A DNA stretch of 64,000 bases from Alphaproteobacteria bacterium (GTDB lineage: Bacteria; Pseudomonadota; Alphaproteobacteria; UBA7985; JAUIBT01): contig JAUIDR010000007.1 of NCBI GenBank assembly GCA_030428565.1, positions 18,504 through 82,503 of the forward strand, in the 5' to 3' direction. Below the pieces are notes generated by a model. That model worked only from the letters and a program-made list of their open reading frames with translations. It ran no database searches and was not told the origin of the DNA. This document shows, piece after piece, positions 63,954-64,000 of the stretch (position 1 is its first letter; each line of letters opens with the position of its first letter). The position numbers were made by a program, and so were the translations under genes.

Positions 63954-64000
63954 CAGCCCGTTGAATAAGTGTGTTTTTGAACGCAACAGAACGTTCAAGC

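Overview
High-GC (about 60% by eye) chromosomal segment with gene order typical of an alphaproteobacterium: lgt-MidA-pgeF, ybjN-proC, DUF1285-NUDIX-cca and ispH-rnhA. I call about 62 CDS. I saw no rRNA, tRNA, CRISPR array, transposase or integrase. The first ~27 kb is mostly housekeeping. From ~27 kb onward the window holds transport and catabolism genes: two ribose-type sugar ABC systems, one Liv-type ABC system, and TetR, PAS-LuxR and GntR regulators. A co-directional minus-strand array (45.2-56.7 kb) encodes a wHTH-SBP fusion regulator, an SDR, an M24-fold hydrolase and an acetoin/pyruvate-dehydrogenase-like complex. The most unusual observations follow. (1) The E2 component of that complex is split into two proteins. 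One carries two lipoyl domains and lacks the catalytic motif. The other is an active-looking acyltransferase with no lipoyl domain. An aldehyde dehydrogenase gene sits between them. (2) A ~0.9 kb AT-richer islet encodes a full-length homologue of vertebrate serum amyloid A plus a small Cys-repeat membrane protein. (3) An alpha/beta hydrolase gene is interrupted by a single in-frame TAG and is flanked by two ~100-nt direct repeats (83/100 identical). (4) At least eight unrelated short tandem-repeat arrays (12-18 bp units) sit exactly at gene boundaries, and two of them run into coding sequence. All functional calls come from motif and similarity recognition by eye. No database search was run.
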